Below the pieces are notes generated by a model, which was given only the letters and a program-made list of their open reading frames with translations, was not told the DNA's origin and did not search any database. This document shows positions 1-9,580 of a stretch of DNA of 23,815 nt, piece by piece; position 1 is the stretch's first letter, and each line of letters starts with the position of its first letter. Made by a program: the position numbers and the translations under genes. The DNA comes from Lentisphaeria bacterium (GTDB lineage Bacteria; Verrucomicrobiota; Lentisphaeria; JABSQK01; JAWLHB01), in contig JAWLHB010000018.1 of assembly GCA_041690595.1 (NCBI GenBank), forward strand, positions 124,001 to 147,815, in the 5' to 3' direction.

Positions 1-1449
1 CTGAACGGTGGCCAGTCCCATCGCCTTGGCCTGCAGGGCATTCACATCGTCCTGGAGTGCCTGACGGCGCGCCACCAGCGCCCCCACCTCTCCAGCCGCT
101 TGGCCCGACGCCTGCCTTTGTTCCTGGAGCGTATTGTTTGCTTCCGCAAGCTGCCGTTTGACTGCAGCGAGTCTATCCTCTTCAGCTTTCAGCATCTGCG
201 ACACCGCCGCGAGCGCCTGCTGAGCTCGCTCCTGCTCTGCGACGGTGCGCTTCAGCGCCGCTTCCTCAAGACGCAGCGTCTCGACTCGGCTGCGGAGGGC
301 TGTCAGCGTCTGTTCCTGTTCGCGCACCGCGTCCTGCTGCGTCTGCAGGGCCGTTGTCGCAGTGGCCAGCTGCTGTGCTGCATCCTGGGCGGCTTTCTGC
401 TGTGCCTCAGCTCGGCTCTGCGCTCGCTCGGCCGCCTCCTCGGCTCGCGTCTTCTCCTCGCCGAGGCGGTGCACAGCGTCCGTCAGCGCTTCCTGTTGCG
501 CCTTGCCTGCGGCAATCGCTGCCACCAGGCGGTCACGCTCCGTATGCTGTGCCTGCAGGTCCTCGCGGGTCTTCTCCAGCTCGCTGCTGACATCGGCAGT
601 GGCCTTAAGCCGTGCCTCGCGGATAGCCTCGAGCTGTGCAAACTCCTTCTGCGCCTCGGCCACCTGCTGGGTCAGCTGTTTCAGCTCAGCAGCCTGCGAG
701 GCGCGCGTCTCCAACTGCTCTTCCGTTTCAGCCAAGGCTGTCCGCTTCGCGCTGAGAGTCTCCTGAAGCTGTTGGTCGGTCTTCCGCAGTTCATCTACCC
801 GCCCCTGCAGTTCCGCGGCAGCGGTCTCCAGCTCGTGCTGCGCTGCTCTTGCGCGTTGAGAAGCGAGTTCTGCATCCTTTTCTCGCGCTTCCGCGTCCTG
901 CGCAGCAAGGCGTGCATCCTCCAGCTTTTGAGTCGCTTCGTCAACAGCGCGCTGAAGCCGCGTCAGGCTGTCATGGGCCTCCGCGGCGCTCTGCTTGCTT
1001 ACCGTGGACAGCTTCTGCAGCCTGTCCAACTCCACGAGTTGACTGGCGATCTCCTCACGCCGGCTAGTCAGGTGCTCACGGGCCGTCGCCAGCTCTGTCT
1101 CAAGGCGCGCCCGGTCGTCATCAAAGCGGGCCGACAGATCAGCCAGGCGCTGGTCACGCTCCTGCACCAGCGCTTGCAGCATGCTAAGGCGTTCGTCGCT
1201 GTGCTTCTGCCAGGCCTCCTGGTTGGCGCGTAGATTCGCCGCGTCCATGTCCAACTGGATCACGCGCTCACCCACCGTGGTCAGCGAGAAAACTGCAACG
1301 CCCGCTACCAGAAGAATGCCGAGAGCACCTGGCATCCAGGCTTTGCTGCCGCCTGGATCTGGCCTCTGTCCCGCCTCCCTGTGCGTGCCTGCACCATCTG
1401 CCGAAGGAGATGCCTTGTGCTGGTCCCCATAGTAGTCACCCTTCTCCAT
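1..1449 (-). CDS. Single-TM membrane-anchored long coiled-coil protein, 3' end beyond window (>=483 aa)
   Basis: Hand translation of the minus frame, open from ATG 1449 to base 1: MEKGDYYGDQHK...WMPGALGILLVAGVAVFSLTTVG (hydrophobic TM), then A/E/Q/L/R-rich heptads to ...ALQAKAMGLATVQ. AGGAG RBS just upstream. Absent from the ORF track because no stop lies in the window. Confidence 0.85.
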   Translation of the reverse strand, partial: MEKGDYYGDQHKASPSADGAGTHREAGQRPDPGGSKAWMPGALGILLVAGVAVFSLTTVGERVIQLDMDAANLRANQEAWQKHSDERLSMLQALVQERDQRLADLSARFDDDRARLETELATAREHLTSRREEIASQLVELDRLQKLSTVSKQSAAEAHDSLTRLQRAVDEATQKLEDARLAAQDAEAREKDAELASQRARAAQHELETAAAELQGRVDELRKTDQQLQETLSAKRTALAETEEQLETRASQAAELKQLTQQVAEAQKEFAQLEAIREARLKATADVSSELEKTREDLQAQHTERDRLVAAIAAGKAQQEALTDAVHRLGEEKTRAEEAAERAQSRAEAQQKAAQDAAQQLATATTALQTQQDAVREQEQTLTALRSRVETLRLEEAALKRTVAEQERAQQALAAVSQMLKAEEDRLAAVKRQLAEANNTLQEQRQASGQAAGEVGALVARRQALQDDVNALQAKAMGLATVQ

Positions 1450-1473
1450 CTGCTTCTCCTGAATAATCCCCCT

Positions 1474-1501
1474 ACCATACGTGACCGCCGGTACGCATCA
1501 A
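1474..1501 (-). promoter_or_regulatory. Putative sigma70 promoter for the coiled-coil gene
   Basis: Minus strand TTGATG-N16-TATGGT ending 24 nt upstream of ATG 1449. Confidence 0.35.
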
Positions 1502-1567
1502 GCGGGAGCGACCAATTTCCTCGATCTACCGCAAGATGAATCAACTGCATCTTCAGGCCACTCTACG

Positions 1568-2290
1568 TCACAGTTTTGCCAGCTCCAGGCGCTCTTTGCG
1601 GTGCTCGTAGTCGGGCATAACGCGGCGGAGAAGGGACCAGAACTCGGGACCGTGGTGGGGGTGCTTGAGGTGGCAGAGCTCGTGCACGATGACGTACTCG
1701 ATGCACAGCAGCGGTGCCTTCACCAGGTCCGGGTTCAGCACGATGGTTCCGGGGCGCGTGTAGCTGCCCCAGCGCTGCGGCATCTTGCGAAGCTTCACCT
1801 CCGGCAGGGGGATGCCCTCGTGGCGCAGCTTCTGGTGCTCGCGTTGGACCCGGTCGGCGAAGAGCGCCCGGGCGTGCTGGCGGTACCATAGCTCAACCCG
1901 CTGCGCGACCTTGCCGGCGTCCGTGGTGTCCTGCGTGTAGACGTGCAGATAGCGGCCGATCAGTTTTACCGCGGGTGCATCGGCCTGGTGCAGCTTGAGG
2001 CGGTACTGACGCCCCAGGTAGTAGTGCGACTCACCACTGACGTACGACTTCGGCGGCGGCAGGGGCTGGAACTGCTGGAAGAAGTCGAGCTGCTTGAGAA
2101 TCCAGCGTCCCTTGCGGTGCACCTGTTGCTCGATTTCTGCCAGGGGCGTGCCCTGCGGCGCCCGCACCTGAACAGTCAGGTCGGGCTCGACGTCAATGCG
2201 GAGCTGGTCGCGCTGGTGGCGCTCGAGGCGAAAGCAGATCGTCTCGGAGCCGAAGGCGATGCGGTGGGTCGCGTGGGGCATGGCATTCAT
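1568..2290 (-). CDS. M48/YgjP (DUF45, SprT-like) zinc metallopeptidase-family protein of the kind that follows type I hsdR
   Basis: RWGS motif, YVIVHELCH (HExxH) followed by H..HGPEFW, and GESHYYLGRQYRL. ATGA overlap with the hsdR stop at 2287-2290. Confidence 0.9.
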   Translation of the reverse strand: MNAMPHATHRIAFGSETICFRLERHQRDQLRIDVEPDLTVQVRAPQGTPLAEIEQQVHRKGRWILKQLDFFQQFQPLPPPKSYVSGESHYYLGRQYRLKLHQADAPAVKLIGRYLHVYTQDTTDAGKVAQRVELWYRQHARALFADRVQREHQKLRHEGIPLPEVKLRKMPQRWGSYTRPGTIVLNPDLVKAPLLCIEYVIVHELCHLKHPHHGPEFWSLLRRVMPDYEHRKERLELAKL

Positions 2291-2949
2291 GATGCGTAGC
2301 GGATCGTCGCGTTGCGGATGCAGCTCTCCATAATCGCGTCGATCTCGTCGAAGCTCAGGCGAATACCATGGTCGTCCTGCAGCTCGAAGAGGCGGTCCTC
2401 GATGGCGTTACGCATGCGGTTCTTGATGTCGTCGTTGTCCTCCCAGTGGACGATGCGCAGCTTACGGATGATGCCATCGATGTCCAGCGCCGCCTGCACC
2501 TTCAGCTCCTGGAGGCGCTCCTCCGCATCCTGGCGGGCCGCCAGCGCCTCGCCGATGAGCCCGTAGAAGGCCACCGCCACCTGCTCGCCCTGCAGGCGTT
2601 CGGGGATGTCGTCGCCGGTGCGGTTGATCACGTGGCTCATGATCTCCTTCACCTTCTGCAGGTACTCGACGTCGCTGATGCGGTGCTGGCGGAAGTCATC
2701 GATCGCGTCCTCGATGAGGCGGCTGAACTTCTTGTAAAAGGCCGGGTCTTCCTCCGACCACTTCTCCTTCAGGGTCCGCTTGGTGCGGTGGGCGATGGTG
2801 TCGGCTTTGGAGGCTGTGCCGGTCACCTTTTCCACCTCTTGGGAAAAGGCCTCGGTGTTGAAGATGTCCACCTGTTCGGTCAGCTTCTCGACCTCCCGGG
2901 TACCCACGTGGGCGTCGATGAGCTTCTGAATGCGCCGCTCGTACTCGCC
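2287..2949 (-). pseudogene. hsdR: C-terminal remnant (~220 codons) of type I restriction enzyme R subunit
   Basis: GEYERRIQKLIDAHV...ASKADTIAHRTKRT...EEDPAFYKKFSRLIEDAIDDFRQHRISDVEYL resembles HsdR C-terminal domains. An in-frame TAG lies at 2962-2964, and no nuclease/helicase part or hsdM/hsdS is present upstream. Confidence 0.8.
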
Positions 2950-2961
2950 GCGGGTTGGCTC

Positions 2962-3159
2962 CTAGTCGAAGTCAACGATGAGAAAGTGCGCCCCGACTGT
3001 GAAGGTCGTTGCCTTCTGCACGGAGCTGAAGATGCTTGTGGCGAAGTGACGGGCGTAGTCCCTGAGATCCAGTTCGTCCCTGGTGATGGCCATCACCGGG
3101 AGCATGACGCGCGTGTGACGTTCGCACTCGAAGTCGGGATCCAGCTCAAATTCGATACG
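2962..3159 (-). pseudogene. Possible 3' remnant of an unidentified gene (65 codons)
   Basis: Stop-to-stop frame RIEFELDPDFECERHTRVMLPV...HFLIVDFD* with coding-like C/G-ending codons. Followed by an AGGAG RBS with no start codon behind it. Confidence 0.4.
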
Positions 3160-3655
3160 TTACACTATTCGTTTTCCTTGTTGTGTAGGTTCTTGCAAGA
3201 AACTGGATCAGCCGCCCAAAACGGCTTTCTTCAATTCATTGTTCTGAAAAACCCACACGAGCCGCTCTTCTGCGCTGAGAGCCGCAGTGATAGGCGATTC
3301 AACGCAGCCTTGCACCATGAACAAATGGCACGGCAGAGCTCCTGGCGCTTGCCGGAGGGGCAGAGCAGTCTCGCACGCCATCTCCCAGGGAGACTGCCTG
3401 CAAAGGCATGTTCGGCGTGCTCGCCCATAGGGTGCAAAGCGCAATGCAGCGAAAAGCGTCGGAAAGCGGCCCTTCCGGTCGTCTCCGGGGCAGACGGGGC
3501 AGTGGTAGCTGCCGCGGGGCAGATGCTGTATGAAGGCCGCTTTCCGCCCTCAAGGCGCCATTCCCCGGCGACTCCGCCGAAAGGTCCAGCATACGACCGG
3601 AGCGGGCGTTTTTCATGCCCCAGATGCCGCGAAAACGGGGGGCCGCTTGCGGCAG

Positions 3656-3676
3656 AAAAAGCCTCGGAAATGAGGC
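3656..3676 (-). terminator. Intrinsic terminator after tRNA
   Basis: Minus strand GCCTC-ATTTCC-GAGGC-TTTTT, 10 nt after CCA. Confidence 0.7.
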
Positions 3677-3686
3677 GAAGGGGGAA

Positions 3687-3763
3687 TGGTGGGACCGGAG
3701 GGACTTGAACCCGCGACCCGCTGATTATGAGTCAGCTGCTCTAACCGACTGAGCTACGGTCCC
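3687..3763 (-). tRNA. tRNA with CAT anticodon, probably tRNA-Ile2 (lysidine); elongator Met not excluded
   Basis: 77-nt cloverleaf GGGACCG/CGGTCCC-A-CCA, D stem GCTC/GAGC, anticodon arm GCTGA-CTCATAA-TCAGC, T loop TTCAAGT. Paired 1:72 and no run of three G-C pairs in the anticodon stem, so not initiator. Confidence 0.95.
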
Positions 3764-3781
3764 ACTGGGAAGGCGTAGGGG

Positions 3782-3810
3782 AAGTTACGTGCTGTTGGGG
3801 GCGTAGTCAA
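3782..3810 (-). promoter_or_regulatory. sigma70 promoter for tRNA
   Basis: Minus strand TTGACT-N17-TAACTT, 18 nt upstream of the mature tRNA. Confidence 0.65.
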
Positions 3811-3822
3811 ACGGGGGTGGCG

Positions 3823-3846
3823 CTTTTCGGTGGGGAAGCATATAGT
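3823..3846 (+). promoter_or_regulatory. Promoter-like motif upstream of GT-C/bioD
   Basis: CTTTTCGGTGGGGAAGCATATAGT ending in the -10-like TATAGT; 19/24 identical to the minus-strand copy at 23634-23657. Confidence 0.45.
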
Positions 3847-3900
3847 TGACGACGCGGATGAAGGTCGGAATTGTCAATGACGATACTGGAGCGGCGAAGT

Positions 3901-6212
<2,312 letters not shown>

Positions 6213-6215
6213 AGG

Positions 6216-6929
6216 TCAGTTGCGCTCTTCGACGACTTCGCGGGTGGAGAAGCGGTAACGCATGTTGCGGTAGGTGCCGATGTCGGTGATGGTGGTGGGG
6301 GCGCCCGCGGGCACGACGCGAAAGTTGCAGGAAACGCGGGGACGGTCACGGACTGCAAGGACGCGGTGCCAGGTCATACCGTGGAGGAGAAGGATGGTGC
6401 CGGCCCGCGGCGCGATGACGAGCTGGCCGGGAATGTCGCCATCGGGCTCGCCGGTAGGGATGATGCCGCGGCGGTGGGAACCTGGCACAACGACGACTTC
6501 GCCGCCATTGTCTCCGATGTCGTGGGTGTAGACGAGGCGGTTGAGGTTGTAGTGGGCGGGATTTTCGCAGGGGCAATCCTGGTGCCATGCCTGGCCGATA
6601 GTGTTGGGGGCACTGTACATGACGAGCGACCCGACCAGGTCGAAGGGGCCGCCGAGGGCAGCGCGGGTAGCATCGGCAAGAAGGGGCAGCCCCGCAAGCC
6701 TGACAAAGGCATCGACGCCTTCCTCAACCGGCCCCCAGCTGACAACGTCGCATTTGGCGGCGGCGAAGTTGGCGGCGCTCAGACCCTCGCGCGGGATGCC
6801 GAAGTGATCGCGCAGAAGGCGGTCACACTTGAGCAGGAGAACCGGATCGACGGCGTCTTCGAGAATGACATAGCCGTGGAGGGAAAAGTGGCGGTGAACA
6901 GCGTCTGGATCGAGGGGCAATGCGGTCAT
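6216..6929 (-). CDS. Phytanoyl-CoA dioxygenase (PhyH)-family Fe(II)/2OG oxygenase
   Basis: HGYVILED, WHQD (HxD), VVPGSH, TWHR and a distal R. ATG 6929 has AGGAG, so it is preferred over 7070. Confidence 0.88.
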   Translation of the reverse strand: MTALPLDPDAVHRHFSLHGYVILEDAVDPVLLLKCDRLLRDHFGIPREGLSAANFAAAKCDVVSWGPVEEGVDAFVRLAGLPLLADATRAALGGPFDLVGSLVMYSAPNTIGQAWHQDCPCENPAHYNLNRLVYTHDIGDNGGEVVVVPGSHRRGIIPTGEPDGDIPGQLVIAPRAGTILLLHGMTWHRVLAVRDRPRVSCNFRVVPAGAPTTITDIGTYRNMRYRFSTREVVEERN

Positions 6930-7019
6930 GATCGGCTCCTGCAGAGTGAATGGGGGCGCTTCGCGAGGAAGGGTTGAACGGCTGGAGTATGAAGAGACTG
7001 TAGGCGCAATTGAAGAGGA

Positions 7020-7048
7020 TTGGCAGGCTGTCGTCTTCAGGTTATAGT
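7020..7048 (+). promoter_or_regulatory. Putative sigma70 promoter for the kinase, overlapping a possible divergent promoter
   Basis: TTGGCA-N17-TATAGT on +; GTGACA-N18-TATACT on - (7046-7075). Confidence 0.5.
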
Positions 7049-7107
7049 ATATACCCTCAGGCAGGCGCATGTCACGGATGCTTTAAATAACCCCAGGGGA
7101 GAGAGGT

Positions 7108-8856
7108 ATGAGACCAAGCCGTCGCCGACATGACGCCCAGCATGACGAGCAGCCAGCGCTCCCGGTGGATGGTCCCGTCGATCCCACCGTGATCAATAGC
7201 CGCACGCTGGCGTTGTTGATGCGCTCGCGGGGCAAACAGCGCTACCTGGTGGACAAGGAGCTGGCGCATGGCGGCATGGGCGTCATCTATGCGGTGGACG
7301 ATCAGGATCTGCAGCGCACTTCGGCGATGAAGGTGATCGCGACGAATCTGGTGGATGACGAGCGGCGGCTGAAGGCGTTCGTGGAAGAGGCGCGCATCAC
7401 GGCGAAGCTGGAGCATCCGAATATCATCCCAGTGCATGAGATCGGTATCCGGCGGGATTCGGGCCAGCCCTATTACACGATGAAGCTGGTGGAGGGGGAA
7501 GCGCTGAGCGACATCATCTTCGAGCTGAGTCGTCGGCGCCCGTCCTACGTGCGGAAGTACACGCGTCACGCGCTGCTGGATATTTTCCGAAAGGTGTGCA
7601 ATGCAGTGGCCTTTGCACATTCTCGCGGAATCATACATCGCGACATCAAGCCGGAAAACATCATGGTGGGTGATTACGGCGAAGTGCTGGTGATGGACTG
7701 GGGGCTGGCGAAGTATGTGGAAGAGCCCGATTCGCCGTCGTATCTGGATGCGATCGGGACCACCACGCATCACCGGCTGGAGCGCACACAGGACGGGACC
7801 ATCAAGGGCAGCCTGGCCTACATTTCTCCAGAGCAGGCTTTCGGTGAATTGTCGGAAGTGGATCCGCAAACCGATGTCTTTCTACTGGGTGCGACATTGT
7901 ATCACATGTTCACCCATTATCCGCCATATGAAGCGGACAATATCCAGGATATTCTTCGGAAAGCAGAGACGTGTGATTATCAGGCGCCAAGTGTGCGGAA
8001 TCCCGAGGCACAGATCCCACTGGCACTGGAGCGCATTATTCTCAGCGCCATGGCGCCGCTGAAGGAAAACCGGTATCAGACAGTTACTGAACTGATCGAA
8101 GATCTGGATGCATTCATTGCCGGAAAACGGGTCTGCGGGCGCAAGATTTTCTCCCCGGGAGAAGACTTGATCCGCATCGGCGACGAGAGCCGCGACACGT
8201 TTATCATCATCAGCGGCAAGGTGGATGTGTACCGCTTTGTGGATGGTCACAAGAACCGGATCGCCTCGCTGGGAAAGGGGGAGATTGTCGGAGAGATGGC
8301 GGGTATCACGCACAAGCAGCGCTCGGCAACGGTGACAGCGGTGGAGACGACCGAGGCGCTGATGATCTCACATGAGCTGATGCTGGAAGAGCTGGAGAAG
8401 CTGCCGCCGTGGATGGAAAAGATCGTCTTTTCGATGGCGGACCGCGTGCAGACGCTGGATACGCAGATTCACCCGTATCTGCTGGCCAACTGCGCGTATA
8501 CGGTGCTGAACCAGATCTACCTGATCTATGGGGCCAACGCGGGCAGCTCGCGCGGACTGTCGCGTCCCACGCACAACCGCGGCAGTCTGGTGCGCGAGAT
8601 CAGCATCAACTTGGGGCTGGACGAGAGCCGGATCACCGCGGTGCTGGAAGCGCTGCTGCGGACCAATCTGATTGTGCTGACGCCGGAAGAGACCGTCTAC
8701 ATCCCGAATCTGGATGTCTTCGAGCGCTTCGTGGACTATTGTCGGCACCGCTTCGACGTCAAGGGAGGCATCCACGCGATGGAGGAGATGAAGCTCTCCA
8801 CGGAGCAGGATGCGTATTTCCGCGGCATTGTCCGCAAGCTGCGCGAGCTGCAATAG
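7108..8856 (+). CDS. Hanks-type Ser/Thr kinase fused to a cNMP-binding domain and probable CRP-type winged HTH
   Basis: Kinase motifs GGMGVIY, AMK, HRDIKPEN, DWGLAK, YISPEQ. cNMP domain FSPGEDLIRIGD...IISGKVDV...GEIVGEMA...RSATVTA. Then a long helix and LVREISINLGLDESRITAVLEALL. Confidence 0.9.
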   Translation: MRPSRRRHDAQHDEQPALPVDGPVDPTVINSRTLALLMRSRGKQRYLVDKELAHGGMGVIYAVDDQDLQRTSAMKVIATNLVDDERRLKAFVEEARITAKLEHPNIIPVHEIGIRRDSGQPYYTMKLVEGEALSDIIFELSRRRPSYVRKYTRHALLDIFRKVCNAVAFAHSRGIIHRDIKPENIMVGDYGEVLVMDWGLAKYVEEPDSPSYLDAIGTTTHHRLERTQDGTIKGSLAYISPEQAFGELSEVDPQTDVFLLGATLYHMFTHYPPYEADNIQDILRKAETCDYQAPSVRNPEAQIPLALERIILSAMAPLKENRYQTVTELIEDLDAFIAGKRVCGRKIFSPGEDLIRIGDESRDTFIIISGKVDVYRFVDGHKNRIASLGKGEIVGEMAGITHKQRSATVTAVETTEALMISHELMLEELEKLPPWMEKIVFSMADRVQTLDTQIHPYLLANCAYTVLNQIYLIYGANAGSSRGLSRPTHNRGSLVREISINLGLDESRITAVLEALLRTNLIVLTPEETVYIPNLDVFERFVDYCRHRFDVKGGIHAMEEMKLSTEQDAYFRGIVRKLRELQ

Positions 8857-8918
8857 CTCTGCCGCCGGGCGAGTTTCGGAAGCACTAGACGGCGCGGTCG
8901 GCCGGCCCTTGCAGGCAC

Positions 8919-8985
8919 AAAAAAACAGCGCCCCGGAGTGTGGCCTTTCCACCGGTAGGGGAGAAATGGCGACACGCGAGGCGCT
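8919..8985 (-). terminator. Long-stem intrinsic terminator of the 85-aa gene
   Basis: Minus strand AGCGCCTCG..GTGT.GCC.TTTC...GAAA-GGC.ACAC..CGGGGCGCT, then G and T7. Confidence 0.65.
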
Positions 8986-9010
8986 ACACGAGCCGTAAGA
9001 CGAAAGGAGC

Positions 9011-9268
9011 TTACTTGTTCCGCTTGGCCAGCTCTTTCTGCTGCGCTTTCAGCGCTTCGATCTTCGCTTCGATCTCTTTGATCTCGGCTTCGGCGCGTTC
9101 GTCACGGACGCGTTCGATGACCTTCTCGATCCTGTCGATAAAGTCAATGTCGAAACCGCCGAAGAAGTTCTTGAGCTGCTGGTTGGTCATTTGCTCGAGG
9201 GTATCACGCATCTCGCGATTGGCGTGACGTGCTTCCGCACGCTTTTGACCGGCTGTTAGTTCTGCCAT
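9011..9268 (-). CDS. Small helical/coiled-coil hypothetical protein (85 aa)
   Basis: MAELTAGQKR...KELAKRNK*; AGGAG RBS 6 nt before ATG 9268; own promoter and terminator. Confidence 0.85.
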   Translation of the reverse strand: MAELTAGQKRAEARHANREMRDTLEQMTNQQLKNFFGGFDIDFIDRIEKVIERVRDERAEAEIKEIEAKIEALKAQQKELAKRNK

Positions 9269-9364
9269 GTTGACTCCTGCAGGTTTTTTTATTACTGATG
9301 TGGCGGCTTTAGTCCCATTCCGGAAAGGCCGCGGGTGATGAGAAATACTCGGAATTCGATTGGT

Positions 9365-9394
9365 AAGATACGTGCTAACTGCTTGTATTACAAG
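9365..9394 (-). promoter_or_regulatory. sigma70 promoter with palindrome overlapping -35
   Basis: Minus strand TTGTAA-N17-TATCTT. Palindrome CTTGTA-T-TACAAG at 9382-9394. A further TATAAT at 9406-9411. Confidence 0.55.
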
Positions 9395-9532
9395 ATAGTT
9401 GCGCATTATAACGATATGGCGGGCCGCATGGATGTGTGCCGACGAGGAAAACGCAGCGGATCTGCACCACAAAAGGCTTGAAGGGCATGCAGAGTGGCGG
9501 TGGCGCCAGGCATGCGGCCGTTGAATGGGGAT

Positions 9533-9566
9533 CCTGCCGAAGGGGTGATTGGGGCGCTTCGGCAGG
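9533..9566. repeat. Perfect 10-bp inverted repeat just downstream of the UroD-like gene
   Basis: CCTGCCGAAG-N14-CTTCGGCAGG; no U-tract on the minus strand. Confidence 0.6.
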
Positions 9567-9580
9567 CGGGGCTTTGTGCT

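Larger units (their letters stand above)
1..3686. mobile_element. Decayed tRNA-anchored genomic island (right end only)
   Basis: R-M remnant and gene fragments lie directly 3' of a tRNA, and the region lacks the strong G skew of the neighbouring host genes. No integrase or second att copy is visible in the window. Confidence 0.5.

Noticed and set aside
100..1233. 377-aa + strand Leu/Arg-rich ORF
   Set aside because: Antisense shadow of the minus-strand coiled-coil gene, which has the RBS and TM helix.
2962..2964. TAG recoding joining the orphan fragment to hsdR
   Set aside because: TAG is a normal stop for the genes ending at 8856 and 15989, and the joined frame would still lack most of HsdR.
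3160..3480. IS/MITE between tRNA and hsdR, including palindromes TTCTTGCAAGAA (3190-3201) and TCTCCCAGGGAGA (3381-3393)
   Set aside because: No convincing terminal inverted repeat pair, target duplication or transposase motif.
2368..3708. 446-aa + strand ORF
   Set aside because: Antisense to the hsdR remnant and runs into the tRNA; no recognisable motifs.
7890..7906. CRP-box-like TGCGA...TCACA inside the kinase
   Set aside because: The spacer is 7 nt rather than 6, and the site is intragenic.
9398..9425. dif-like GTTGCGCATTA (resembles the XerC arm)
   Set aside because: No XerD arm (TTATGTTAAAT-like) at the 6-nt spacing; better explained as a TATAAT promoter region.
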